Source: Phallusia mammillata (lineage: Eukaryota). Taken from it: a stretch of 64,000 nt of DNA. This document shows, one piece after another, positions 63,001 to 64,000 of this stretch (position 1 is the first letter of the stretch; each line of letters starts with the position of its first letter). The notes beneath the pieces were generated by a model. The model had not been told where the DNA came from, did no database searches, and worked only from the letters and a program-made list of their open reading frames with translations. Made by a program: the position numbers and the translations under genes. Location: the NCBI GenBank assembly GCA_965637545.1, contig OZ281496.1, positions 24,986,001 through 25,050,000 of the forward strand, given 5' to 3'.

Positions 63001-64000
63001 TTTGATTTGAGAGGTCTTACTTAGGGCATGTAACTTCCACTCTGAATACATCGTCGTGGTTGATACTCTCCATCGAAAATCTTAGGTAGTCTTTGCTCAG
63101 ATACGTGGCAATATTACTTGTATATGGCTCAATCAAATCGTAGTAGGGCTTCATGTACAAGTTAACGCGATGCATGGCTTGGTTCACTGCAGAGATTACA
63201 AGGTTGATGTTAAATGCTTTGTTATAATAGTAGAAAATGTTCAAATAATTAAACATACCTATTTCGGGATCATAACTCTTGTTCCATCTTTCAATCAACT
63301 TGTTGTTTTCGGCACACAAGTATGAAGATAGACGGGTACATAAGTCCGGATCATTTACATGGAACCTCTGTTATTAGATAATTTGTTAGTATATCTATAA
63401 GATAAGCTTTGGCGCTGTAATATCTATGAAGCAATAAGTTAGGTCCGGCGGTGGGGTATAGCTGGTTCGCACAGGTTCTATAGATCCGTCTCATGAAATT
63501 TTATGAGATCAGCGAACCGGTTAGCATTACTGGTTACCATCAATGGACTTTTTGTAAGAGAATTGACTGAAAAATATGACTTTTGTGACAGAACCCACTG
63601 GGAAGAAAATTGAATTCCACCACTGGTTAGGTTACTTGTATAAGCTGAAAAATGAAAACGACCTAGGACTAACCGTTCGTAAGGTTTCCGCGATCCAAGT
63701 TTCGTCCAGGCAATGACTGTAATTGAATGTGAAAAGGAATCTCATGACTTTCAGCCAGTCAGCATTTGGCATGTCATATCCGATCACATAACTTGCGTCC
63801 AACCGCCATTCAGCCACAGTCACTGGTCGTGGTGGTGCCTTACCAGAAGGTGGCTGAAAAATAATATATTACCAACCACCTGATAAACAGGGCCACATAA
63901 CTTTATGTCGACTTCAACTATATACACACAACGAAACATGCGTTTTATGTAGGGTGTTAATTTAACTGTATCCGTACCTCAGTTCTGATGCAAGTAAAAG
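54068..64000 (-). CDS. 3' part of a large multi-exon gene, probably a large lipid transfer protein (vitellogenin/apolipophorin-like)
   Basis: Chain of spliceable exons (e.g. 63634-63853, ~63021-63365, ~62277-62475, ~60690-60875, ~59360-59535). Beta-rich and amphipathic helical segments are followed by vWD-like (TCSYVYATD...FSV ~57885-58040; KLPY...C...C ~57277-57498), Cys-rich C8-like (56470-57025) and vWA-like (LVTYGG, 55217-55470) regions. The last exons and stop codon are uncertain, and the 5' end is outside the window. Confidence 0.55.
55700..55790 (+). mobile_element. Relic of the same family as 57532-57823
   Basis: CTGATGAAGGCG...CGTCGAAA followed by tattatgcctggcagcaacag, which is shared with ~57794-57814. 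Confidence 0.5.
57532..57823. mobile_element. Palindromic Penelope-derived mini-element with degenerate hammerhead, intronic
   Basis: Inverted arms ~57530-57635 / ~57664-57791. The motif CTGATAA-A-GGTGTC(ACGTATGG)GACATC-GAAACGTCGG has a core G8 mismatch. Flanked by the 12-bp direct repeat acataaattttc (57520-57531; 57824-57835). Confidence 0.65.

Overview
AT-rich metazoan genomic DNA with short GT-AG introns. A compact invertebrate genome such as a tunicate is plausible but cannot be proven from this window. All three host genes lie on the minus strand. (1) Positions 1-41436 hold one giant secreted-protein gene that runs off the left edge. It has a signal-peptide exon, then by my count 69 exon-encoded ~80-85 aa beta-rich domains resembling the H-type lectin fold, each followed by a short Thr/Pro-rich linker exon, plus two LCCL domains. 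Every exon I checked is phase 1-1. The array has three zones: divergent 5' domains with the LCCL pair, about ten copies of a 2.35-kb five-domain higher-order repeat (HOR), and ~500-bp monomers. (2) A four-exon GT54/MGAT4-like glycosyltransferase (48495-51709) that ends without the C-terminal lectin domain. (3) The 3' part of a probable large lipid transfer protein gene (vitellogenin/apolipophorin-like; vWD, C8-like and vWA-like regions), 54-64 kb. Mobile DNA includes a P-element-like element containing a gag-deleted Gypsy LTR element with a hAT-like MITE inserted at its edge, Charlie-like and Mutator-like MITEs, two Helentron/HINE-like elements, and small palindromic TSD-flanked inserts carrying minimal Penelope-type hammerhead ribozymes. 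Exon boundaries and counts were read by eye, and domain names are inferred from motifs without any database search.
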